Below the pieces are notes generated by a model, which was not told the origin of the DNA, did no database searches, and was given only the letters and a program-made list of their open reading frames with translations. Position numbers and translations under genes: made by a program. Of a stretch of DNA of 64,000 bases, positions 33,542 to 43,630 are shown piece by piece (the first letter of the stretch is position 1; each line of letters begins with the position of its first letter). Source of the stretch: a virus; the IMG/VR virus record IMGVR_UViG_3300027754_000044; one strand, 5' to 3'.

Positions 33542-34423
33542 ATGCCATTTGGAGTAAATCAATTTTCTGCCGAAATTGCAAAAACCGGCGTTGCTAGAAC
33601 ATCAAACTTTCTTGTAGAGATAGGTGCTCCTGGAAACTTATTAAACGAAGTTTCTAGATCGATGCCATTACGAATTGAACAAGTCAGCATACCATCCAGA
33701 ACTCTAACTACATTTGCTCAAAACTACTATGGTCCTCCTAGAGAAATTCCATATAGATACACTTCATCGCCAGTATCGTTGACGATATTGTTAAGCGAGG
33801 ACATGCGCGAGCGCGAGTTTTTTATGCAATGGCAGGATTTGTTTGTTGGTACACGTAGAGTAAAACAAACCAATCCAACTGCAATATACGATTGTGGCTA
33901 CTTTAAAGAATGTGTTGGTTCAGTTACAATTAAGCAATACGGTGAATCTCCATCTTCACAGGGTAGAAATTCGAGCTCGTCTCTTCTCGGTGACATAAAA
34001 GATGTCGCGGATGCGTTCGGAATTAATAGCTCTGCAATATTAAATCCATTTGGGTTCGATGTTTTCGGAATATCGGGACAAGAAAATTTAAATTTAAAAC
34101 ATCTGTATACAATAGAATTAGTCGAAGCGTATCCGATAACTGTTAACGAAGTTCAGATGAATTGGGGAGATGATTCATTTGCAAAATTACAAGTGGAAAT
34201 GAGATATACATATGTAACTGAAGACCATCCGAAGAGTGATATCGCTGGAGCTGTTGGTAAGTCATTCTTGAGACAAGGAATAGAAGCGTTTCAAAAATTC
34301 TCACCAATATTTTCTCTTGTCAGATCACAGGGAATAGGTGGTGCAATAAGAAGCACGATATCATCAACAGGACAAAATGTTGTAAACTCAGGAAACGCTC
34401 TAAGAAACATTTTACCATTTTAA
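33542..34423 (+). CDS. Tail tube initiator (gp54/gp19-like)
   Basis: GVAR.S.F.V, S.P.R, EREFF..WQ, L.EAYP, KL.V...Y. Confidence 0.75.
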   Translation: MPFGVNQFSAEIAKTGVARTSNFLVEIGAPGNLLNEVSRSMPLRIEQVSIPSRTLTTFAQNYYGPPREIPYRYTSSPVSLTILLSEDMREREFFMQWQDLFVGTRRVKQTNPTAIYDCGYFKECVGSVTIKQYGESPSSQGRNSSSSLLGDIKDVADAFGINSSAILNPFGFDVFGISGQENLNLKHLYTIELVEAYPITVNEVQMNWGDDSFAKLQVEMRYTYVTEDHPKSDIAGAVGKSFLRQGIEAFQKFSPIFSLVRSQGIGGAIRSTISSTGQNVVNSGNALRNILPF

Positions 34424-34439
34424 CATGTGGAGGTAGTAT

Positions 34440-35150
34440 ATGGCTTTACCAAAAATTGCGACACCAAAATTTTTTGCAACGGTACCATCAACGAAGAAAA
34501 AAATATCATTTAGACCTTTCATTGTAAAGGAAGAGAAAGTTTTACTTCTTGCTTCCGAAAGCAATGATGAAGAACAGATGATTGTAACTATTCGAGATAT
34601 TTTAAATTCGTGTGTTCTCGAAGATGGATTCGATGCAAATGTGATTCCGTATTTTGATTTCGAATATTTATTTTTGAACGTTCGCGCGAAGTCGATAGGG
34701 GAAAAAATACAATTAGAATATCGTCATCGTGGCGGAGTTAATTACAAAGACGAAAAGTGTGATGTTGTAACTCCAGTTGAAATAGATGTAGAATCTATTC
34801 AAGTTAAGAGTGAAGATTCACATACTAACAAGATTATGCTTACAGATACTCTTGGTATTCAAATGAGATATCCTACAATTGAGGATATGAAAAAACTCAC
34901 AAAGACTAAGGACGACTTAACCCTAGTCGCAAATTGTATCAATTTTGCTTTTGATGGTGATACGATACATGAAACAGAAAGCGAGAAAGATTCTATTGAA
35001 TTTTTAGAATCTTTAAGTTCTAAACAATTTGAAAAAATTATGCAATTCTTTAACACTATGCCTAAACTGAAACATGAGATTTCGTATAAGTGTAAAGGTT
35101 GCGGGCAAGATGATAATGTTACCTTAGAAGGAATCGCTGATTTTTTTTGA
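34440..35150 (+). CDS. gp26: Baseplate hub assembly protein (gp26-like)
   Basis: MALPKI.TP, RPF.VKEEK.LL, RAKSIGE, MRYPT, C..C...LEGIADFF. Confidence 0.92.
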   Translation: MALPKIATPKFFATVPSTKKKISFRPFIVKEEKVLLLASESNDEEQMIVTIRDILNSCVLEDGFDANVIPYFDFEYLFLNVRAKSIGEKIQLEYRHRGGVNYKDEKCDVVTPVEIDVESIQVKSEDSHTNKIMLTDTLGIQMRYPTIEDMKKLTKTKDDLTLVANCINFAFDGDTIHETESEKDSIEFLESLSSKQFEKIMQFFNTMPKLKHEISYKCKGCGQDDNVTLEGIADFF

Positions 35151-35326
35151 TATGCCTCTCTCACAATAGTCTCAAGAATTATTACACTACGAATTTCTCT
35201 CTGATGCAGTTTCACAAATATAGTCTTAGAGAAATCGAAGAAATGATTCCTTGGGAAAGAGATATTTACATCAAGTTATTGCTTGATCATCTCGAAAAAG
35301 AGAAGGAGGCTGCAGAGAAAAGATAA
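35147..35326 (+). CDS. gp51: Baseplate hub assembly catalyst (gp51-like), possibly reached by -1 frameshift
   Basis: Manual translation: CLSHNSLKNYYTTNFSLMQFHKYSLREIEEMIPWERDIYIKLL; no ATG upstream of the conserved part. Confidence 0.85.
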   Translation: MICLSHNSLKNYYTTNFSLMQFHKYSLREIEEMIPWERDIYIKLLLDHLEKEKEAAEKR

Positions 35327-35331
35327 CCATC

Positions 35332-36870
35332 ATGGAAATTCCAAAAATCAAAACAGGATTTAAAGCATTAGGTGCAGCCGCAGCACTTGGTGGCGATCGC
35401 GAAATGTCCGCAGCTACAACTGCTTTGGTTGCAGGTATTGGCAAAAAAATTTTTGGTAGTCTCTTTAAGAAAAAAGAAGAAACATTAGAGAGAAAATTTG
35501 AAAAGGTATTGGACGAAAGAAGATCACTTTTTGAAAGAGTTTCTGAAAAAGACTCATCCGAATCATCCATTTTGGGAAAAACGAAACTCGTCATTAAGAA
35601 AATGAAAGACCATCTTTCTAAATTTTTAACTGCTGCATTAGCTGCGCTTAAAACAATATTTACTATCGTAAAAACTGCACTTATCAGTATTGCCAAAGCG
35701 ATGCTATCTTTAGTAAAATGGATAGGCAAAAAAATATTGAAGGGTCTGTTAAAAAGCATAATGAAATTATGCAAGACTGGTGGATTTCGAAAGATGAAAA
35801 CGAGAATAAAAGTTTTCGGAAGAACATTAAAAAGGTTTGTTAAAAAACCAGCGGCATTGTTAATTGGTGGAATAGCATTGGGTATGGCTGGATATTTTTC
35901 TGCAATATTTAAAAAAGAAAAAGAAGAAATAGATGAAATCGGAGGCGAGGAAGATACTCCAGTTATTTCAGAAACACCTTTAGAAAAGTCCCCCGAAGTA
36001 TCAAAACCAGTGGAAGAAAAAAATCCTCCAGCAGAAAAAGCTAAAGGAACTCCTACTAAAACAGAAACTGCACAAGCACCTATTTCTGGTCAAGTTCGAA
36101 CAGAATCTGGAGGCGGGCTAGTCACATCAGAAGGAGCTCCAGTTATGACTGGAGAACAAGAACAGAAGCCGTCTTCGACTTCTACACCAGCTCCCCCGAA
36201 AGCTGGAACTCCAACAAAAGAGCCTTCTAAAAAACCAGAAGAAAAAATTGCAGCTCCGATATCCGCAGGCGATGATAAGAGCACTATGGATATGATAAAA
36301 ACACATGAAGGGGTAAGAACAAAGCCATATAAGGATAGTGTGGGATTGTGGACTATCGGTGTAGGTCACTTAATTGGTGATGGTAAAACTCTTCCACCAG
36401 AATGGAATAGAGAATTTACCATGAGCGAAATAGATAAATTGTTCATGCAAGACTATGAACATCATAAAAAAGCTGCTGAAAAAATACCAGCGTTTGATAA
36501 ATTAAATAAGATGGGTCAAGCTGCTCTAATAGATCTAACTTTCAATATGGGTCCAGCTTGGTATAAAAAATGGCCAACATTGATGAAACAATTATTGGCT
36601 GGCGACTTTCAAGGCGCTGCAGATAATTTAAAAGATAGCACATGGTATAAGCAAGTCAAAAATCGAGGAGTGACAATCGTCAATCTAATTCGTAATGCTG
36701 GAGAAAAAAATACTGAGATTGTTAAGAGTAAATCTTCATCTGGTTCAACATTAGCTTCTGCAGGACCAACCGAATACGATAAAAATAAAGAGACAAAAGT
36801 TAATGTGATTGTTTCTTCCAAGACGAATATTAAAACGAACAATATTGAAGAACCTAGGAAAGCTGCGTAA
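35332..36870 (+). CDS. Tape-measure-like protein with GH24 lysozyme domain
   Basis: IKTHEGVRTKPYKDSVGLWTIGVGHL...LIDLTFNMG...STWYKQVKNR. Confidence 0.82.
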   Translation: MEIPKIKTGFKALGAAAALGGDREMSAATTALVAGIGKKIFGSLFKKKEETLERKFEKVLDERRSLFERVSEKDSSESSILGKTKLVIKKMKDHLSKFLTAALAALKTIFTIVKTALISIAKAMLSLVKWIGKKILKGLLKSIMKLCKTGGFRKMKTRIKVFGRTLKRFVKKPAALLIGGIALGMAGYFSAIFKKEKEEIDEIGGEEDTPVISETPLEKSPEVSKPVEEKNPPAEKAKGTPTKTETAQAPISGQVRTESGGGLVTSEGAPVMTGEQEQKPSSTSTPAPPKAGTPTKEPSKKPEEKIAAPISAGDDKSTMDMIKTHEGVRTKPYKDSVGLWTIGVGHLIGDGKTLPPEWNREFTMSEIDKLFMQDYEHHKKAAEKIPAFDKLNKMGQAALIDLTFNMGPAWYKKWPTLMKQLLAGDFQGAADNLKDSTWYKQVKNRGVTIVNLIRNAGEKNTEIVKSKSSSGSTLASAGPTEYDKNKETKVNVIVSSKTNIKTNNIEEPRKAA

Positions 36871-38228
36871 TGGCTATTTCTCATTTAGTTAAAGAACTCA
36901 CTATAAACTATGATGAAGTTTTTAGTGAAAGATCTCGTCTATTGAATTTTTCAAACAACAAAGCTAAAGAAGATGAATTAGAAAAAGGAATTGAGAGAGT
37001 TAAAAAGAATCCAGAAAAACTTGAAAAAGATGATAAAGAAACTTCAGGAATTCTTGGCGCACTATCAACTGCGATAGGTGTTATCGTGAAGTTAGTTAAA
37101 AAAATGATTAGCTTTATCGTAGATAAAATAAAATCGATAGCGAAGTATGCAAAAATGCTACGTGATCTGGGAAAGTCTATGAGAAATAGCTGCTGGAAAG
37201 GATCATTGAAAAAAACAGCTAAAAGAACTAAAAAGATTTCTGGGAAATTAAAATCCCTCAAAGGGAAAGGCGCAATCATCGCAGGAATAGTTGCAGTTGT
37301 TGGTGGTCTTGTATATTCAATCATATCGAATAAAAAACCGGGAGAAGAACTAGAAGAAGAAAAAGAAGAAGTATCAACATCTTCATCTGAAACTCCTTCT
37401 GCAGAACAACCTTCTCCATCAGTAGAGATACCATCGCCTGCACCTGCAGCATCGCCTGCACCAGCAGCGCCAGTGGCATCTGCACCAGCAGCATCGCCTG
37501 CACCAGCAGCATCGCCTGCACCAGCAGCATCGCCTGCACCAGCAGCATCGCCTGCACCAGCAGCGCCAGTGGCATCTGCACCAGCAGCATCTGCACCAGC
37601 AGCGCCAGTGGCATCTGCACCAGCAGCATCGCCTGCACCTGCAGCATCCCAAACTCCTAAATCTACTTCGACGCCAGAAGCAGTATCTGTAGCTCCCGCA
37701 CCAAAACCAGGTGAGCCAGTAGAAGCTGAAGATCCAAAAGCACAAAGTGAAAAACAAATAAAGGGTGCTGGAATTAAAGTTAGACCTACTGGAGATGTAT
37801 GGCAAGGTGGTCCGTTGTCAAAAACAGCTGTTAGCGTAGCATTAGCGATTCAAAATCAAGTGAAGGGATTTCAATTTTACACTGGTCTGAATGATAAATT
37901 TCATAAAGAAAAACATCCAAAGAGTCAACACGCAATTGGTCAAGGTCTTGACTTTGTATTAGATCATATGCCAAGCGTCAAAGAATCACAAGATATAAAG
38001 GAACAGATAAAACTTATTCCTGGTGTAAAACCTGGGCAAGTGATGAATGAATACTATAATCCTCCCGAAGGAAATAAAGCACCATATACCACAGGACCAC
38101 ACATGCACGTCGGAGTTGTAGATACAGCGAGCGCATTAGCTTCTCCAGATAAAAAAATAGAAAAAACGATTGTTGTTTCGATTGAAAACAATAAGACGCA
38201 AAACAACATTATCAAGAAAGCAGCATAA
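36870..38228 (+). CDS. Tape-measure-like protein with putative M15/LAS-type peptidase domain and SPAPAA linker
   Basis: SQHAIGQGLDF (HxxxxxxD) ... PHMHV (HxH). Confidence 0.65.
   Translation: MAISHLVKELTINYDEVFSERSRLLNFSNNKAKEDELEKGIERVKKNPEKLEKDDKETSGILGALSTAIGVIVKLVKKMISFIVDKIKSIAKYAKMLRDLGKSMRNSCWKGSLKKTAKRTKKISGKLKSLKGKGAIIAGIVAVVGGLVYSIISNKKPGEELEEEKEEVSTSSSETPSAEQPSPSVEIPSPAPAASPAPAAPVASAPAASPAPAASPAPAASPAPAASPAPAAPVASAPAASAPAAPVASAPAASPAPAASQTPKSTSTPEAVSVAPAPKPGEPVEAEDPKAQSEKQIKGAGIKVRPTGDVWQGGPLSKTAVSVALAIQNQVKGFQFYTGLNDKFHKEKHPKSQHAIGQGLDFVLDHMPSVKESQDIKEQIKLIPGVKPGQVMNEYYNPPEGNKAPYTTGPHMHVGVVDTASALASPDKKIEKTIVVSIENNKTQNNIIKKAA
37430..37647 (+). repeat. 18-nt tandem repeats (SPAPAA / PVASAPAA)
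   Basis: Repeated gcatcgcctgcaccagca units. Confidence 0.9.
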
Positions 38229-40705
38229 TGGCTAAGAAAACACCAAAACCAAAGAAGCAAATACGCAACACGATACTTATAGCAGAATTGTTAGATCTTC
38301 AATCTCAGCTAATAAAAGATCATGATGCTATTCCTGGTAAAGCGGGTTATATCAACTGGTCGCCGCAGTTAGGGAGAGAATGGAAAACTAAACAAAAATT
38401 TCTTCTAAAAGAAAAGAAAAAACTAGAAATTGAATTTAAAAATTCTAAAAAAGAAGAAGATGAACAAGAAGATAAACTTAGTGTAAAAACAGGATTTAAA
38501 GCATTAGGCGCAGCGGCTGCGCTTGGCGGAGATACTGAAATGTCTTTGGCTACAGTCGCTTTGGTTTCAGGTATTGGAAAAAAGATTTTTGGTGGTATAT
38601 CAAATTTATTTAAAAAGAAAGATAAAAAATCTGAAGAAGATAAAACTCTAGATCAATCGTCTCCAAAATATATAAATGGATATCCAGAAAAAGTAAATAA
38701 AGATGCGATGGATCCAAAGAAGATCGCTCTTCTAGGAATGGCTGGTGCGGCTGGTGCAGGCGGCGATCGCGAAATGTCTATGGCTACAAACGGATTAATT
38801 GCGGCGACTCTCGGATTTGGTAAAAAGAAAAAAGATAAAGAGGCTTCAGCCAGTCCTATCGCTTCAGCCAGTCCTATCGGTCCGATTAATCGAATAGGTT
38901 CTCCAGAAAAAATAATAAAAGAATCACCTTCTGATGCAGTAAGATCATTCTATGAAAGAGGTGGCGCACAACCAAAAGAGTATTCACTGACTCCTGGAAC
39001 TCCAGAAAAGATAGAAAGTAAACCTGGCTTCCTGATGACCGCTGAAGAAAAGATACGCGCTCGCGAGGAAAGAATTAATTCTGAAAAACTTATTCCTGCA
39101 GGTGCTCCAGAGAAGATAGAAGGTGAAAAAGAAAATATATCTAGTGATAATGACGCAATCATTTCCATACTGAATAAGATACTTGCATCGTTTCAAGCTG
39201 ATAATGAAAGAATGCGTAGAGCTATTAGGGGGTCTGAAGAGAAAAAATTAGAATCTGATCCGACCCCAGACGCTCCAGGTGCACCAGTAAAAGAAGGGGA
39301 TGATAAAAAATCTGGCATGAATAAGCTGTTGATGTTTGGCGCGATCGCAGGATTACTAGGACTTGCTTACACATTCAAAGATGAAATCGCTAAAGTTCTA
39401 GAGCCTATTACCGATATGCTCGGAATAACTAATCCACTGAAAGAATCAGATAAAGAGGATTATGAGTTTGATATAATGGATGCGCTTGGAGTAACTGCGC
39501 TTCTGGGAATGCTAGGGCTTGCTCCAACCCCAGGATCTAAACCCGGAACTAAAGCTGGTGAATCTGCAAAGGCTGGTAGTCCAGAAAAACCTAGTGCGGG
39601 ATCTAATGTTAGAGAAAGACATCCTGCTGGAGCAAAAAATGCAGCTGGTAAATCTATTGGCGGACAATTCAAGACAGCTCTTCCAAAAGAAGGAATAACA
39701 AAACTAATAGTGAAACGTGTTGCTGGCGCCGCAGGAAAAATTATTCCCGGTCTAGGACTCGCATTAGGTTTATACGATGCTTACAGTAGAGCAAAGGAGG
39801 GTGATGTTGTTGGAGCTTCTATAGCCGCAGGCTCTGGAGGTGCAGCTCTAATTCCAGGTATAGGAACAGGAATTGCGATTGCGGCAACCGCGGCTAATAT
39901 AGCACGTGATGTATATAAAGAAGCGTATGGTGTATTTCCTGAAGCAGATGAAGGTGGCGATGTAGCAAAAAATTTAAAATCTATAATGGATGAAACTATT
40001 GAATCATTAACCAACAAAAAACCTGGTCCACCAATGAGTGATGCAGATAAAAAGAATTTAGAAGGACCGCTGGCTGCATATGCTGCAGCAATTGATCCAA
40101 AAAGCAAAACGTTCGTGCCACCAATCCGCCGTCAAAAGCTGGTGAGTGATGTATGGAAGGCGTCTGGTAAATTAGGTATTCCGCGAGAAGTCGTAGAAAC
40201 TGAACTTGGTGCAGTAAGAGATGCCGCCGCTGCACAAAATAAAGCAGACGATAGTCTAAAAGCTCTTCAAAATTCAGCAGCTACAGCAAAAGCAGACTCC
40301 GCAGCTGAAGCTTCTGCCCCGGCGGAGCCGAGTGCTACAGGTGGTGCTCCAAGTGCTCCTGCTGCAGGCGGCGATGCAGCACCTTCTTCGGAAGCTGCAT
40401 CTTCTTCTTCCGGTATGCCAAGCGCATCTGGTGCACCTGGATCACCGGTTCCATCAGCACCCCCGACCGCGAGCGAAACTTCTGGAAGTGCAATAGCGTC
40501 TGCTACAATGGAATCTAGCGCAGCTCAAAATACCGTTACTATTCTTCCACCGATTATCAATAATCAAACTAATACATCATCAAGCAATCCGGCTAGAGAG
40601 TCTAAAGCTAATAAAATTTCTATGCAAATTAGAATGGAAGATGAAATGTTTAGGACTGCAATCAATGCTACTGCTGCTGTATTGAAAACACTGAAAGCTG
40701 CATAA
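38228..40705 (+). CDS. Tape measure protein-like
   Basis: KIIPGLGLALGLYDAYSRAKEGD..GA...IPGIGT hydrophobic TMP-like region; position after gp26/gp51. Confidence 0.65.
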   Translation: MAKKTPKPKKQIRNTILIAELLDLQSQLIKDHDAIPGKAGYINWSPQLGREWKTKQKFLLKEKKKLEIEFKNSKKEEDEQEDKLSVKTGFKALGAAAALGGDTEMSLATVALVSGIGKKIFGGISNLFKKKDKKSEEDKTLDQSSPKYINGYPEKVNKDAMDPKKIALLGMAGAAGAGGDREMSMATNGLIAATLGFGKKKKDKEASASPIASASPIGPINRIGSPEKIIKESPSDAVRSFYERGGAQPKEYSLTPGTPEKIESKPGFLMTAEEKIRAREERINSEKLIPAGAPEKIEGEKENISSDNDAIISILNKILASFQADNERMRRAIRGSEEKKLESDPTPDAPGAPVKEGDDKKSGMNKLLMFGAIAGLLGLAYTFKDEIAKVLEPITDMLGITNPLKESDKEDYEFDIMDALGVTALLGMLGLAPTPGSKPGTKAGESAKAGSPEKPSAGSNVRERHPAGAKNAAGKSIGGQFKTALPKEGITKLIVKRVAGAAGKIIPGLGLALGLYDAYSRAKEGDVVGASIAAGSGGAALIPGIGTGIAIAATAANIARDVYKEAYGVFPEADEGGDVAKNLKSIMDETIESLTNKKPGPPMSDADKKNLEGPLAAYAAAIDPKSKTFVPPIRRQKLVSDVWKASGKLGIPREVVETELGAVRDAAAAQNKADDSLKALQNSAATAKADSAAEASAPAEPSATGGAPSAPAAGGDAAPSSEAASSSSGMPSASGAPGSPVPSAPPTASETSGSAIASATMESSAAQNTVTILPPIINNQTNTSSSNPARESKANKISMQIRMEDEMFRTAINATAAVLKTLKAA

Positions 40706-40736
40706 AAAAGGGTGTATCCCATTACAGGATACACCC
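40704..40736 (-). terminator. Rho-independent terminator downstream of gp32
   Basis: GGGTGTATCC-7 nt-GGATACACCC stem with a U-tract on the minus strand, between convergent genes. Confidence 0.85.
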
Positions 40737-40757
40737 ATCAATCAAACTAAACTATTT

Positions 40758-41648
40758 CTAGTCGCGTGCTAACTTTTCAAACATAGCAAGCGTGTCATCT
40801 TCTTCTTCTTCGTGTGAAGATTTCTTAGAAGGAAGTGATTTAGCTTCCATGCTCTTTGCTTGCTCCGGCGCTTTCCATGGTGCTGAATCTTCTTCAGCAA
40901 CAGCCGCAGGAGTATTCAAAACTTTTTCCAAACGAGCAGATAATTCAGCATAAGTCTTGAATTGATCAGCGGCGATCATAGGAGCAAGAGCATACTGAGA
41001 TTTCCAAATCTTCTCTAGTTCTTCTTCATGAGCCAATTCACTGACATCATCAAATTCAGACTTATCGTAATTGCGATATCCTTCGACATTACGGATCTTC
41101 AATTTGAAATTAGCGCCATTCCATAGATCAAACGGATTAACTGGTTTTTCATCTTCAAACTCGGGATTCATTTTCTCATTAAGTTTGTCGAAAATCTTTT
41201 TACCAAACTTGTATAGAAAAACTTTACCTTCGTTATGAGGATTGGCTGGATCCTTAACGACATAGATATTTGAAATATAATTCAAACGTCGTTTTTGTTT
41301 ACGAGCGATCTCTTTATCTTTCTCATTTCCACTATTCCACAACTTGCTATTCAACTCACCACAAGGATCTGGTTGATTCAAAGTTGTCAAAGAGTTTTCG
41401 ATATACCAACCACCGGGACCTTGGAAGCCGTGATTCCACAAACGAACCCAAGGCACATCTTCACCCTGAGGTGCGGGGAGAAAACGAATAACCGCGTAGC
41501 CGTTGCCACTCTTATCTACTTCTGCTTTCCAGAAGCGATCGTCTTCGTTCTTTTTGGTTGTATTGCTGCTGAACTTATCAAGTTCTTTTGTGAGGCGATC
41601 CATTGAAGTATCGCGCGAGCGTTTCAGTGCTGCAAATGATTCTGGCAT
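40758..41648 (-). CDS. gp32: Single-stranded DNA-binding protein (gp32-like)
   Basis: DDRFWK..DKSGNGYAVIRFLP, HGFQGPGGWYIENSLTT, YKFGKKIFDK, acidic tail. Confidence 0.95.
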   Translation of the reverse strand: MPESFAALKRSRDTSMDRLTKELDKFSSNTTKKNEDDRFWKAEVDKSGNGYAVIRFLPAPQGEDVPWVRLWNHGFQGPGGWYIENSLTTLNQPDPCGELNSKLWNSGNEKDKEIARKQKRRLNYISNIYVVKDPANPHNEGKVFLYKFGKKIFDKLNEKMNPEFEDEKPVNPFDLWNGANFKLKIRNVEGYRNYDKSEFDDVSELAHEEELEKIWKSQYALAPMIAADQFKTYAELSARLEKVLNTPAAVAEEDSAPWKAPEQAKSMEAKSLPSKKSSHEEEEDDTLAMFEKLARD

Positions 41649-41745
41649 ATTGTGTTCCTTGTATTTTAAGTATGAGTCGAAGTATGTTTTCTTAACCACT
41701 AACTACCATGTGTTACATTATTATTTAGTCACGAATTCTCCTGTT

Positions 41746-42771
41746 TTAAATTAAAAATGAAAATATACCTGCAGTCAATAATAGAACTACAGCCCACGAC
41801 CCAAGAACTCTATAGTATGTGTTCAGCGGAGTATTGAAATATTTATGCCCAATCATAACACACTTATGAGTCGGACTTAAAAGATATCCAGCAAAGTCTA
41901 AAGCAAAAAACCATAGGAAATATTGATGTCCAAAAACTTGAGCCATGATCACAGCAATCGCAATAAACTTCCCAGAACTTCCCATCAGGAAACTAGCTAT
42001 GAAACCAATCGCGGAAATGGAAACCATTCCTACCAAAGTTTGTGGATTTAGCAAACTATCTTTTAATGTGGCTTGCCAAGACGCATCGTATGACTTCATA
42101 AAATTACCTAACACGATTACTGCGCCAACCCATAACAACACATCCCAACGAACATAGCTCAATAGTTTCTTTATGTTCCATTCCTGGCTGATGATCATAT
42201 AATACAAGGTTAAGAATCCGAAACATGCAATCATCCATTTCTCATTGTAAATATACAATCCTATGGCTATGAACATAGGTAGAATATTTCGCAAGACTGC
42301 AGATATTTTAAATTCGTCAGATGCTATTACAATTTCTTCGTCGTGTATCTGACTCCAGATATACCAAGAGATGAATATGAAACTGACGATAAGTAAAGGC
42401 CAAATTAAACCCAACCACGATGTATATGTAAGTCCAAATGCGGCGATAGGAAGGATTACAGTTTTTTCTAATGGTGACCACATGTAATAATGATGAGTCG
42501 ATAGATAATCTACAATTCCTAATTTTTCTCTACCATGACCCTCTTTGAGTGCAATCGTATCTAGCAATCCGGCAGACACAGTTACCCTGCCTTCTATTGG
42601 TAGTATTCCACCAATCGCGCTCAATAGAACTACAACAAACTTATTACTACGGAATGTATTTCTTACATAAGAAAATGCTGAAGAAAATAGCGCATATTCT
42701 TTTGCCAATCCGGCAGTAATCATGATAAAAAATATCATCCACAGATAACTAATCCCAGAAAAATATGTCAT
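41746..42771 (-). CDS. Multi-pass membrane transporter (ion/citrate transporter-like)
   Basis: Many hydrophobic segments; GILPIEGRV, HHYYMWSPLE, GYLLSPTHKC. Confidence 0.6.
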   Translation of the reverse strand: MTYFSGISYLWMIFFIMITAGLAKEYALFSSAFSYVRNTFRSNKFVVVLLSAIGGILPIEGRVTVSAGLLDTIALKEGHGREKLGIVDYLSTHHYYMWSPLEKTVILPIAAFGLTYTSWLGLIWPLLIVSFIFISWYIWSQIHDEEIVIASDEFKISAVLRNILPMFIAIGLYIYNEKWMIACFGFLTLYYMIISQEWNIKKLLSYVRWDVLLWVGAVIVLGNFMKSYDASWQATLKDSLLNPQTLVGMVSISAIGFIASFLMGSSGKFIAIAVIMAQVFGHQYFLWFFALDFAGYLLSPTHKCVMIGHKYFNTPLNTYYRVLGSWAVVLLLTAGIFSFLI

Positions 42772-43376
42772 GGTATAAATACTTTCTTAACGATTTTAGT
42801 CAGATCATTTTTATTGACGTGAATAAATGGTTCATATTTTCGAATAGACTTACTCACGTCCGGCCAGATAACAGTATCCTTTATCTCTCTATCCCACTTA
42901 GGAAGATAATTCAATACGATATTAGAAGCAACTAGAGTTTCCATGCTTATCTTTTTTCCAAAATATAATTTTAGAATCTCGGGATGCGAGCCGGAATTGG
43001 ATTCCCAAAGATCTGAAGGATTAGCTGTTCGAAGTTTTTCTTTTGCGATAAGAAGATCCTGCTCAAACGTGTATGAAAACGATTGAATTTTTCTTTTCCA
43101 ATTAGAATAAATTTTTTCGGCACCCACACTAGATAGATCACCAATCCATTTCGTTTTGTTACTATCAACAAAATTCGCAACAAAGAAATTAGTTAATTCC
43201 TGATCATTATAGCGTCTTTCTATCTTCTTGAAAAAGAATGTGTCTTTTCTCTTTTCAAAAGATTCATTAGTCATAGCGCGAGTCTTTCCGCCATAACGGA
43301 AATAATCATAATCAGTTGTGAAGTGCAACTTCAATGCAAGATATCTTGCGTATGCTTTCATGCCTTCCATAGTCAA
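42768..43376 (-). CDS. gp59: Helicase loader (gp59-like)
   Basis: YLALKLHFT..YDYF.Y.GK, F.KRKD..FF.K, KYEPF. Confidence 0.88.
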   Translation of the reverse strand: MTMEGMKAYARYLALKLHFTTDYDYFRYGGKTRAMTNESFEKRKDTFFFKKIERRYNDQELTNFFVANFVDSNKTKWIGDLSSVGAEKIYSNWKRKIQSFSYTFEQDLLIAKEKLRTANPSDLWESNSGSHPEILKLYFGKKISMETLVASNIVLNYLPKWDREIKDTVIWPDVSKSIRKYEPFIHVNKNDLTKIVKKVFIP

Positions 43377-43624
43377 ATTGGCAACCTCGCTGATTTTTTC
43401 TTCTTCAACATATTATTGGATAGTGCTTCGTTTTTAATCAATCGTTTCATTTTGATATTGATTAATTTCGGAACACTTTCATATTCTAATTTAATTTCTT
43501 CACACACGTATACGATCGCTTCCATGTAGGACATTTTTTTGGTCCTAACATACTTTTCGACTAGATCGATAAATTTTTCTTGTGTAATGAAATTCAATTC
43601 ACTTAGTTCTTCTATTTCTTCCAT
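43373..43624 (-). CDS. gp33: Late-transcription co-activator (gp33-like)
   Basis: YMEAIVY.CE...E.ESV.KLI...K..I..EA, ending RLPI. Confidence 0.85.
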   Translation of the reverse strand: MEEIEELSELNFITQEKFIDLVEKYVRTKKMSYMEAIVYVCEEIKLEYESVPKLINIKMKRLIKNEALSNNMLKKKKSARLPI

Positions 43625-43630
43625 AGCAAT

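Noticed and set aside
37321-37805. Cys/Trp/Arg-rich and MLLVQA-repeat minus-strand ORFs
   Set aside because: Antisense readings of the SPAPAA repeat.
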